The notes under the pieces are model-generated. The model saw only the letters and a list, made by a program, of their open reading frames with translations, was not told where the DNA came from and did not search any database. From a virus, in IMG/VR virus record IMGVR_UViG_3300025842_000008: a stretch of 64,000 bases of DNA; one strand, written 5' to 3'. Position 1 is the stretch's first letter. The number at the start of each line of letters is the position of its first letter. The position numbers were made by a program, and so were the translations under genes. Below are positions 47,884-55,470 of the stretch, piece after piece.

Positions 47884-48806
47884 GTAAACCTCTTATTATA
47901 GTCTGTTAAATACTCAACCACCTCATCAGGTACGAACTGTTTCCAATCATCATCACCCTCTAAAATCATCTTTCTACATTCTGTTCCTGAGATACCTGCA
48001 ATATATTTATCAACTTTAATCTCATTGACTTCATACCCAACGCCACGACCGTACTCCACAGATTCTAAATCTGGAATTATAATCGTTTTTACGTCTGGAT
48101 AGTCCTTGAATCTATAATCAATCATTTCCTTGACTTGTTTAGCAGACCAAGGGTTGTTTTTATCCGGTGCCACGTCACGTATGGCAAGGGTTACGGATTT
48201 ACCTTCATCTAATTTCTTACGAATAATATAATCATGACCATTATGGAAAATCCCATTCCAACGACCTATAAACATACATGCTGGTTTGTGATAAGGTTTT
48301 AATAGATCAATAATATCATCTACACATTCTTTGATTGTGGATAACTCTGTGAATGCTGTATACTCAGGATTAATCGGTTCTTCATAAGGCGCATCAAAAC
48401 CTGTGAAATGGGTAATATCCCCATTCATGGCGCGTTTCCACATACCCTTTACATCACGTTCAGCACATGTATCCTTAGACGCTGATACATGAATCTCAAT
48501 AAAATCACCATCATTAAACAATTCACGTACCATATCTCTTGCTTTAGCTTCTGGTGATATGAATGAACAAATGGCATATGTACCAGTCTTAACAAAAAGC
48601 TTTGCAATCTCACCCATTCTTAAAATATGATCATGTCTATCTTGTGGAGAAAATCCAACATTTTTGCCTAAATAGGTTGATCTTAGATCATCCCCATCCA
48701 ATACAACCGAATTTGTTAATACTTTATTCAATTCATTTGCAATTGTGGTCTTTCCTGAACAGGGTAGACCGGTTAACCATACACATTTCATCTGACCTTC
48801 TCCCAC
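47880..48806 (-). CDS. cysC: Adenylylsulfate kinase fused to a HIGH-type nucleotidyltransferase
   Basis: TGLPCSGKTT, LDGDDLR, ERDVKG, FTGFDAPYE; C-terminal FIGRW..FHNGH..ISGT. Confidence 0.9.
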   Translation of the reverse strand: MGEGQMKCVWLTGLPCSGKTTIANELNKVLTNSVVLDGDDLRSTYLGKNVGFSPQDRHDHILRMGEIAKLFVKTGTYAICSFISPEAKARDMVRELFNDGDFIEIHVSASKDTCAERDVKGMWKRAMNGDITHFTGFDAPYEEPINPEYTAFTELSTIKECVDDIIDLLKPYHKPACMFIGRWNGIFHNGHDYIIRKKLDEGKSVTLAIRDVAPDKNNPWSAKQVKEMIDYRFKDYPDVKTIIIPDLESVEYGRGVGYEVNEIKVDKYIAGISGTECRKMILEGDDDWKQFVPDEVVEYLTDYNKRFT

Positions 48807-48960
48807 ACCTTCTCATGGATATAATACAACAACATTTTCACGACAAACTCTAGAGTGGTTATTTGGGATGCAATATCAACTGATCCTGTTAACGCAAAAG
48901 ATATAATAAAAGTGAAAAATGTTGCAAAAAATCTCCACGAAATAGTTTTATATAATGTCT

Positions 48961-49305
48961 TCACAGCTTTTCGGAATACAACTCCATCATTAAATTGTCC
49001 ATATACTCCTTTACATTATAATTAAGCAATAACCAATTGTCAAGGTCGATTTCTTTTAACGTTGGGACATAGTGACTTCCACAATACCCTTTCCAATCTT
49101 CTTTTATATGAAGTTCGACCACTGATCTTGTTTCTTCACCAAAACGTCTTACAACCTCGTTTACACCCATTGTATGGTGAAGGATACGTCTGTGTTCTGG
49201 TCCACGAAACTGTGGTTGAAATTGGTCAAGGAATTGATGAACCTCTGTGTATGATTTGCCAAAATGTTCAATGGATTGTTGTTCATGTTCATTTAGATGG
49301 GGCAT
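48961..49305 (-). CDS. His-rich hypothetical protein (DUF6915-like)
   Basis: H..S..FG..VH.FLD..HRRILHH..LHIKED. Confidence 0.65.
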   Translation of the reverse strand: MPHLNEHEQQSIEHFGKSYTEVHQFLDQFQPQFRGPEHRRILHHTMGVNEVVRRFGEETRSVVELHIKEDWKGYCGSHYVPTLKEIDLDNWLLLNYNVKEYMDNLMMELYSEKL

Positions 49306-49323
49306 AAGAGTCCTTATGTTTAA

Positions 49324-49413
49324 TGGAGGAAAGCTGGATATTCGAAATCCATCCGTGTTACCACGAACCAGCCACTTAGCAGGTGGTGTCAGTACCTTAC
49401 TGATTAGCTTTCC
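49324..49413 (-). tRNA. tRNA-Ser (GCT)
   Basis: Long variable arm, CCA. Confidence 0.9.
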
Positions 49414-49418
49414 GTGAA

Positions 49419-49502
49419 TGGAGGCGGGTAAAAGAATCGAACTCTCACGTTTTACCGTGGCAGTGGGTTCAAGCCACTTTTGTCACCTTGACGCTACCCG
49501 CC
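49419..49502 (-). tRNA. tRNA-Ser (TGA)
   Basis: Long variable arm, CCA. Confidence 0.9.
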
Positions 49503-49634
49503 AAATATACACTTTTCCTCATACCTCTTAGAGATATCAGGAAAAGTGTATCTTATTATTTACTTTGTAAATCATTGTATACTTTTTTTTAAAAAGTATG
49601 AAGGTTTGAGACTAAGACCTTCGTTGTCAAGACT

Positions 49635-50425
49635 TTTGTGAGATTATCCGTAGGGGACTTATTCCCTTTGGTTCCTCACGTGTCCACATGAAACTCATTC
49701 ATGTATCCCAACGTGACTGCATTATTAAAGTGTCTGCTTTAACACTGTCCTGTATGACTATTCAATACTTTGTCTACCCTAGTGTGTAGCGAACACCCTA
49801 AGTGCGACTCCCTATCAATACTCTCCACCTTGCGGGTTTTGAGTACCCCAATTCACATAACATGTTGGGGATTAAGCCACTTTCATCATACAGCGGGGTC
49901 AACTTTGCGTTTGAGTATTAATATTGGATTTGAACCAATAATCAACAGCTTTCAAGGGCTGTCAATTAACTATCGAAGATGTGTGACCCCTGTGGATTCA
50001 TAATCTTGCGACTACGAAATACCACACACCTAGTATCTTTCCCGTTTGTATTGGTACTCAATGGTTTGTCAAGATTCCGTCCACCTACTACCGTAGGTAT
50101 CCGTTCCCTATCGAACTACCAACCGCCCTTGACACTACTCTCGGACTGAGTTGATTACCCCTTATCTTTTGTAATTAAGTAGATTTGGTATGCAGTAATT
50201 CGGTACCACCCGAAAGATAAACCAACCAGAGTTACCCATTGGTTTATTTGTCCTACTCTACCGTCCTTACTCAAGTCCATCCCTTGGTAAGATGAACTCA
50301 CCCATTACGGGTGAAGACGAGGCTTGCTTGATTATCCCTTTTATAGGGCGGGAGACTGATAGAAGTACATCCCTTTCCCCACGTTACCGTGGTTTATTTC
50401 TATGACCTCAAGCGACCATATTCTG
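49635..50425 (-). ncRNA. GOLLD-like giant structured RNA (about 790 nt)
   Basis: ORF-free, hairpin-dense, inside a tRNA region; segments such as GGTGTGTGGTATTTCGTAG, AAAGTGGCTTAAT and 3' GGATAATCTCA resemble GOLLD as I recall it; not verified by a covariance model. Confidence 0.6.
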
Positions 50426-50452
50426 ATTTTGAAAGAACTTATTGCTCTTTAG

Positions 50453-50847
50453 CAATTGAAAGTAAAAACGGTGAATGACAACATCAATCATCCAAGATTT
50501 CTCGACAACCCAAACATTCTGACACATCCCAATAGGGTAGCAAGTCCTATTGTTTACCTCCCCCGAAGGGTTCATTGGATGAGGGGAATTTCCTTACCCC
50601 CAACTCCCACTGGCATTGATTCTATAATAGGCTATCGTGTGGATTTCAGCAGGAGAACCAGAACCTTGACCTTATTGCGACCACACTAGGTTACGTTACC
50701 TCGGTCTGTTCTGTTCATTGTTCAGGATGACGTTACTAACCACTCCCTTTAGATATACCGCATCGGGCTTTTGGGTATTTCAACCCCTATCAGGGTACGT
50801 TATGGTCATGCAACCATTATTCCGTCAACCGTTTTTACTTTCAATTG
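50453..50847 (-). ncRNA. Unidentified structured RNA closed by a perfect 20-bp terminal stem
   Basis: 50453-50472 is the exact reverse complement of 50828-50847; internal hairpins. Confidence 0.6.
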
Positions 50848-50946
50848 TCAAAGAACTTGACACAATCCCTTACCCCGTTGATATTATCTCTGGACACCAA
50901 GTATCTCTCTTGGTTATCTGTGATGGGTGATTGTGACTACTTAACC

Positions 50947-50975
50947 ACTATACCAGTTTGTTTACCGTATGTAAA
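50947..50975 (-). promoter_or_regulatory. sigma70 promoter for the ncRNA operon, with boxA-like elements at 50845-50858 and 50427-50440
   Basis: TTTACA-17-TATAGT; AAGTTCTTTGACAA and AAGTTCTTTCAAAA. Confidence 0.65.
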
Positions 50976-51036
50976 CATAAAACTTAAACATTTTTTTGCT
51001 TCTTTTTTAATGGTTGGTTCACCTACGACAACCCGG

Positions 51037-51258
51037 TTATCTGGCTCTGTAGTCCGAAATGGCTCTGCTCACCTCGCCGGGCGAGATCCCACGCTCTCTG
51101 TAGGCTCGATCTTGTAAATTTTTTCGCACTTCTATGGCGTTTAGGTTGATTTGGCGTACCTCAAAACCATTCGCGGGGAGAATCCCATCTCGCTCTACCG
51201 GGTCTGTACATACCGTCCTGTCGTATTCCTCGCAGCGGGTGTGGTACTCTTTAACCAA
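51037..51258 (-). CDS. Small GC-rich hypothetical protein
   Basis: 73 aa, protein-like sequence (CEEYDRTVC..P..IN.NA), visibly higher GC than its surroundings. Confidence 0.5.
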   Translation of the reverse strand: MVKEYHTRCEEYDRTVCTDPVERDGILPANGFEVRQINLNAIEVRKNLQDRAYRERGISPGEVSRAISDYRAR

Positions 51259-51406
51259 ACTGTGCAGATATTTTTCTTTATCCGTAAGCTCAAAGGTTCC
51301 GAGTGGCTCTTGATAAAAAACCAGATAATTTATCTCTGAATTCTATCGTTTCACCGCCAGTTATTTCTAAGGTATGTAGTTTATCATCCATAGATTACCT
51401 CGCTAA

Positions 51407-51482
51407 TGGTGAGGGCGGGGGGATTCGAACCCACCGATATACAGATTAAAAGTCTGTTGCCATTCCACTTGGCTACGCCCCC
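51407..51482 (-). tRNA. tRNA-Lys (TTT)
   Basis: Cloverleaf, CCA. Confidence 0.93.
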
Positions 51483-51495
51483 ATAACTATAAAAT

Positions 51496-51571
51496 TGGTA
51501 GGGGTGAGGAGATTCGAACTCCCACTAATCAGGGCTTAAACCTGATGCCTCTGCCTTTGCGCTACACCCCT
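51496..51571 (-). tRNA. tRNA-Leu (TAA), short variable loop
   Basis: 76-nt cloverleaf, CCA. Confidence 0.88.
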
Positions 51572-51711
51572 ATACATATAAACATGATACACTATATTCA
51601 GCGATTTGTAAACTTGAGAAGTTCGTCCTCCCATACCTTCTTAGGGAACGGACACCCACGACTTTTTTAAAGAGGTTTGGGATGACGCCTATCAGACTTC
51701 CTCTATAAAAC

Positions 51712-51786
51712 TGGTACTCCTGAGAGGATTCGAACCTACTATAGAGCGATTATAAGTCGCCTATTCTACCATTGAATTACAGGAGC
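51712..51786 (-). tRNA. tRNA-Ile (TAT)
   Basis: Cloverleaf, CT-TAT-AA loop, CCA. Confidence 0.9.
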
Positions 51787-51799
51787 ATATTTAATATTC

Positions 51800-51884
51800 T
51801 GGAACCCCTTGGAGGAATCGAACCTCGTACCTTCCATCCAACTTTTAAGGAACAGATTAGAAGTCTGTTGTCGGGGCAAGGGGC
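51800..51884 (-). tRNA. tRNA-Arg (TCT), D-arm-less with an enlarged variable region
   Basis: Acceptor, anticodon and T arms intact; only 9 nt in place of the D-arm. Confidence 0.75.
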
Positions 51885-51910
51885 TTAAATTCTCAAACAA
51901 ACTAATCAGT

Positions 51911-51939
51911 ATTCTACAGTCTTTATGTAACTATGTCAA
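51911..51939 (-). promoter_or_regulatory. sigma70 promoter within the tRNA array
   Basis: TTGACA-17-TAGAAT. Confidence 0.7.
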
Positions 51940-51976
51940 CACTATATTCAATTTAAAATATTGACAACTTATGTAT

Positions 51977-52050
51977 TGGAGCGGGTAGACGGAATCGAAC
52001 CGACAATTACAACTTGGAAGGCTGTAGTTATACCTTTTAACTATACCCGC
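51977..52050 (-). tRNA. tRNA-Gly (TCC)
   Basis: Cloverleaf, U73, CCA. Confidence 0.93.
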
Positions 52051-52063
52051 AAAACTTTAAACT

Positions 52064-52137
52064 TGGAGCCGGATGCAGGAATCGAACCCGCAAATTCTGA
52101 TTACAAAACAGAAGTTATACCATTTAACTAATCCGGC
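52064..52137 (-). tRNA. tRNA-Thr (TGT)
   Basis: Cloverleaf, CCA. Confidence 0.88.
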
Positions 52138-52140
52138 TTA

Positions 52141-52215
52141 TGGTCAGGAGTAAGGAATTCGAACCCTTGTTTGCTGGGTCACAGCCAACACGATTTACCT
52201 CTATCTTAACTCCTG
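52141..52215 (-). tRNA. tRNA-His (GTG)
   Basis: Cloverleaf; A73 and T at -1 rather than G-1/C73. Confidence 0.85.
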
Positions 52216-52222
52216 ATTTAAC

Positions 52223-52294
52223 TGGTACTCGCCATGGAATCAAACCATCCAGTCTCTTTGTAAGAGATACTAGGTCATCAGACCTTCGACGAGC
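52223..52294 (-). tRNA. Non-canonical tRNA, probably Val (TAC); alternative ACA register
   Basis: AGGTC-TGAT-GACCT mini D-arm, TTTGATT T-loop, A73, CCA. Confidence 0.65.
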
Positions 52295-52302
52295 TTAAAC
52301 TT

Positions 52303-52380
52303 TGGTAGCCCATGCGAGTGTCGAACTCTCCCTGTACACGGTCTAAACGTGTTCTCTCTGCCATCGTGGAGTAATGGGTC
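52303..52380 (-). tRNA. tRNA-Leu (TAG), short variable loop
   Basis: Cloverleaf, CCA. Confidence 0.85.
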
Positions 52381-52394
52381 AAAATTCATAAATT

Positions 52395-52470
52395 TGGTGG
52401 AGGTAGGGGGAATCGAACCCCTCAGTCACTTTCCTTGCAAGGAAAAGCCGCAACCCCATTGCCTACCCCC
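52395..52470 (-). tRNA. tRNA-Ala (TGC)
   Basis: G3-U70 identity pair, CCA. Confidence 0.9.
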
Positions 52471-52478
52471 TTAAATTT

Positions 52479-52642
52479 TGGTGATGTGCGTCAGCTTCAC
52501 AGAAATTAATCTCCACCGTAACACTAACCCTGTCACCACAGGGACATACTCATACGAGTGTAAAGTGCGCTTTTTGGGATAGTCAGCCCCTTCAATCATC
52601 AGGGTATCGCCACCTGACTAGACACTAACTAAGTGTCGCGTC
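52479..52642 (-). ncRNA. Unidentified CCA-ending structured RNA in the tRNA array (about 164 nt)
   Basis: Ends ACCA with the same spacer style as the tRNAs; several hairpins; no cloverleaf. Confidence 0.45.
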
Positions 52643-52650
52643 TATATAAA

Positions 52651-52727
52651 TGGTCTGCCGGGTAGGATTTGAACCCACGATTTCCTGCGTCCAAGGCAGG
52701 TCGCATACCAGACTTGCGTACCGACAG
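52651..52727 (-). tRNA. tRNA-Pro (TGG)
   Basis: C1-G72, A73, CCA. Confidence 0.92.
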
Positions 52728-52748
52728 ATATAAATCATAAAAGACTAA

Positions 52749-52882
52749 CTGAGAGTGTCAGTGTTCCCTTTTGACGTGTTTAAAGGAACTTTCGGTTCAT
52801 GTATCCGAGCCTGTGACAACTCAATATGCTATTTACACGTATTGCATATGATCTTGTATGACACATACTCTGACACTCTCAG
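52749..52882 (-). ncRNA. Rod-like RNA closed by a 13-bp stem
   Basis: CTGAGAGTGTCAG/CTGACACTCTCAG plus internal ACGTGT/ACACGT pairing. Confidence 0.4.
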
Positions 52883-52886
52883 AACT

Positions 52887-52960
52887 TGGTAGCGGAAACG
52901 GGATTCGAACCCGTAACTCAAGGATATGAACCTTACGAGATGCCATTTCTCTATTCCGCG
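52887..52960 (-). tRNA. tRNA-Met (CAT), initiator-like
   Basis: C1-U72 mismatch, CCA. Confidence 0.88.
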
Positions 52961-52970
52961 ATAATACTTG

Positions 52971-53363
52971 TTAGGCGCTTATACACTCGTCGTCGTGTCC
53001 GCACTCGCCACACTGCCCACACTCAAGGCAAACTGCCCATTGCCTGTTTTCTCCGTCCGAAAAGTCGGTCAATCCACAACTGGCACACGACGAGCAATCT
53101 TCACTCCTCCACCCAGCCTCACGAAACATCGCGTTATCGTGGCAAACAAATGGTTCTGTTTTGCCGTCGGTCAAATGGTCAACTTCTTTTACTCGATTAA
53201 CTCGTAGGTCGATCCAGTCGCAGCAGAAACTACCGTGCGGGCGTTTCCACGCCAATGACCGCGCTTCTTTTGATGATCTGTGGAATACCAGTTCAGCATG
53301 TTCCTGCCGACATCCCTCAGCAAAGACAGAATATGCTTTTAACATTATTTCTCCAATCCGCAA
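52971..53363 (-). CDS. Cys-rich hypothetical protein inserted in the tRNA array
   Basis: 130 aa, several CxxC, higher GC. Confidence 0.6.
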   Translation of the reverse strand: MRIGEIMLKAYSVFAEGCRQEHAELVFHRSSKEARSLAWKRPHGSFCCDWIDLRVNRVKEVDHLTDGKTEPFVCHDNAMFREAGWRSEDCSSCASCGLTDFSDGENRQWAVCLECGQCGECGHDDECISA

Positions 53364-53600
53364 GAAGGTTAACTAAATCGTTGTCACTCATACATTCAGG
53401 TTACTGGACTATCGGATACCTGTTCCGATGTAGTATGATTCACCGAGCCATTGACAACTTGTAAATTAAAAAGGGGAAAGCTACGAAGACAAGGTTTCAT
53501 GATACTATTGGAAAGCGCCGTATCATATTCTTATTCCCACTTGGCCGTTGGGGGTCTTCTATGGAAAGATACCTCATCTTTCCCCTTAACTGTGTAAACT

Positions 53601-53676
53601 TGGTACTCCCTCAAGGATTCTAACCCTGAACTTTCGCTAATCAGGCGAATGTGATAAACAATTTCACCAAGGGAGC
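53601..53676 (-). tRNA. tRNA-Ile (GAT)
   Basis: Cloverleaf, atypical TTAGAAT T-loop, CCA. Confidence 0.82.
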
Positions 53677-54092
53677 AAACTTCCGGTAGAGTGTACAAGG
53701 AGGTAAATCATCAACTTATACCCATCTACCTTAAAATTTGAATGGAATTTGTTCGTTTGTTCCATTCTGAAACGAAAACCCTCACCTGCACACGGGGTCG
53801 TTTGGGTTCATCCGTCTTTTGTTAGAGTAAAGGGTGAGTCTCAAATGAAATCTAAGGTGTCTCTTATTTCGTCAGACCTTACTATTGAAGTCTCAGTGAA
53901 TTCTGAGAATACTTCTTTCAGGACACTACTTCGGACTTTCCTACGTTTCAAGATATTCGGATCACTACTTGTCATCACCGCCGGAATTGAACCGTTCTTT
54001 CCCCGTACTAAAGGGGACGTGCATTCATACACCATTGATGTTCTTCGTCAGACCCTACTTTTCACTACCCTTTTTCCCTCAACCGTGAAAAC

Positions 54093-54121
54093 ATCTTATC
54101 AGGTTCGTTTTGAATTGTCAA
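54093..54121 (-). promoter_or_regulatory. sigma70 promoter
   Basis: TTGACA-17-TAAGAT. Confidence 0.75.
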
Positions 54122-54198
54122 GATGTTTTTTTTTTGATTTTTCTTGGGTGAGGGTTTTGATAACCCCCCGAAGCCGATATACACGGTCAACCCAAACT

Positions 54199-54274
54199 TG
54201 GTGTCTCTTTCAGGTTTCGAACCCGACTCTTCTGTTCTTCAAACAGACGCTTTCACCAGATTAGCTTAAGAGAC
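54199..54274 (-). tRNA. tRNA-Phe (GAA)
   Basis: Cloverleaf, CCA. Confidence 0.92.
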
Positions 54275-54278
54275 AAAT

Positions 54279-54362
54279 TGGCATAGACGTGAGGAATCGA
54301 ACCCCTTAGTGCTGGTTTTGGAGGCCAGTGTGTTCACCAGATACACGTTAACTTACGCCTAT
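54279..54362 (-). tRNA. tRNA-Trp (CCA) with extra nucleotides before the D-arm
   Basis: CT-CCA-AA loop, G73, CCA. Confidence 0.8.
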
Positions 54363-54369
54363 ATAAAAT

Positions 54370-54445
54370 TGGCACCCTGTACGGGAATCAAACCCGCCAA
54401 ATCCTGAGTGACAGTCAGGTATCACCATCAGATGATCTACAGGGT
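54370..54445 (-). tRNA. tRNA-Asp (GTC)
   Basis: Cloverleaf, G73, CCA. Confidence 0.9.
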
Positions 54446-54460
54446 ATAACCATTTAATTT

Positions 54461-54535
54461 TGGCTCCAAGTGCAGGGATCGAACCTGCGACATTCTGGTT
54501 AACAGCCAGACGTTCTACCTCTGAACTAACTTGGA
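54461..54535 (-). tRNA. tRNA-Asn (GTT)
   Basis: Cloverleaf, G73, CCA. Confidence 0.93.
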
Positions 54536-54543
54536 ACATAAAT

Positions 54544-54618
54544 TGGTACTCCGTAGGGGAATCGAACCCCTTTCAGTGGACTGAAAACCCACTGTCCTAA
54601 CCAGTAGACGAACGGAGC
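54544..54618 (-). tRNA. tRNA-Glu (TTC)
   Basis: Cloverleaf, CCA. Confidence 0.92.
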
Positions 54619-54693
54619 AAAATATCGAGTCCTCGCACCGTATCCCTTAGACTTGTCGAGGTAGTCGCCGAGTTTGAGGACTCTTTAAAATTT

Positions 54694-54767
54694 TGGTGGG
54701 GTAGCACGGAATCGAACCGATATTGCCTGACTCAAAATCAGGTGTGCTACCATTACACCAATCCCCT
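54694..54767 (-). tRNA. tRNA-Gln (TTG), imperfect acceptor stem
   Basis: CCTGA-TT-TTG-AG-TCAGG arm, CCA. Confidence 0.75.
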
Positions 54768-54776
54768 ACAAAAATA

Positions 54777-55091
54777 TCACGATAACCCATATGAATCCCA
54801 TGTTGCTTTGTTCATAAACATGCATCGAGTTTGTATAACTTCCGTTAAAGATTTCCATTCTTTAAAATCTTCAAGAATTCTGTTTTCTTTAACAACGACC
54901 CATTTTCCCGTAGGATAGATGTTATCTTTTATTGCAGGATTTTCATTCCTTACAATATCAACCTGAATGATCGTTATACCTTCATCCATTTTAGATTGAC
55001 ATCGATCACACGCATCATAATCAAAAAATTCAGGAACACCTGTCGTATCTGTTTCGTCTTTAGCCTGTCTACACCAAAAGCATACATCCAT
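54777..55091 (-). CDS. Zn-binding hypothetical protein
   Basis: CFWC..CDRC. Confidence 0.7.
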   Translation of the reverse strand: MDVCFWCRQAKDETDTTGVPEFFDYDACDRCQSKMDEGITIIQVDIVRNENPAIKDNIYPTGKWVVVKENRILEDFKEWKSLTEVIQTRCMFMNKATWDSYGLS

Positions 55092-55102
55092 GGGTTTAAA
55101 AT

Positions 55103-55173
55103 TGGCACCCCTGCAAGGAGTCGAACCTTGCCATCTCAGTTCGTAGCCGAGAGTTTAATCCACTAACAGGGGC
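55103..55173 (-). tRNA. tRNA-Arg (ACG)
   Basis: Cloverleaf with a short D-arm, CCA. Confidence 0.85.
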
Positions 55174-55196
55174 ATAATCTCCTTAAGTTTTATAAA

Positions 55197-55225
55197 ATCT
55201 TACACCAAGGACATTAACTTGTCAA
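55197..55225 (-). promoter_or_regulatory. sigma70 promoter at the head of the tRNA array
   Basis: TTGACA-17-TAAGAT with TG extension. Confidence 0.75.
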
Positions 55226-55260
55226 TACTAAATATTTAATTGTCAAGGATCATAAAACTA

Positions 55261-55470
55261 AAAAACCACCTACAAAATTTTCTGTAGGTGGTTTTTATTA
55301 ATATATGTATACCAATAATTAAACCACCTACACTACCCCCTGATACTCATCACGTGTAACAAAACACGCCATGGGGTTCATGTCGCTAATATTAAACGAC
55401 CAACTAATATGTATCCGTGATTTTTTCATTGAAATTGACATCTCCATAATCTTCTTATAAGTTATTTATA
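55261..55470 (-). promoter_or_regulatory. Attenuator-like leader: late promoter, leader ORF (55328-55429), anti-terminator copy and 14-bp terminator
   Basis: TATAAATA 55463-55470; TGTAGGTGGTTT at the leader stop repeats the 3' arm of the terminator at 55261-55296. Confidence 0.65.

Noticed and set aside
49635-50850. rRNA or tmRNA genes
   Set aside because: No rRNA conserved motifs, and no tmRNA acceptor ends or tag ORF, despite the boxA-like signals
51496-51571. Ochre suppressor or recoded stop codons
   Set aside because: Anticodon TAA reads UUA (Leu); all long genes end normally under code 11, with TAA, TAG and TGA all used as stops
53920-53950. RNase P RNA (GTAGGAAAGTCC resembles GAGGAAAGUCC)
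   Set aside because: The matching 3' P4 signature and the overall architecture were not found
53860-54060. Hammerhead ribozyme (CUGACGA cores)
   Set aside because: No stem II followed by GAAA and no closing stems in the right geometry
53749-54264. 171-aa plus-strand ORF
   Set aside because: Antisense to tRNA-Phe and a promoter-driven RNA, with no protein-like features
51400-55180. CRISPR array
   Set aside because: The recurring TTCGAA/TGGT motifs are tRNA T-arms and CCA ends; there are no identical repeats with unique spacers and no cas genes
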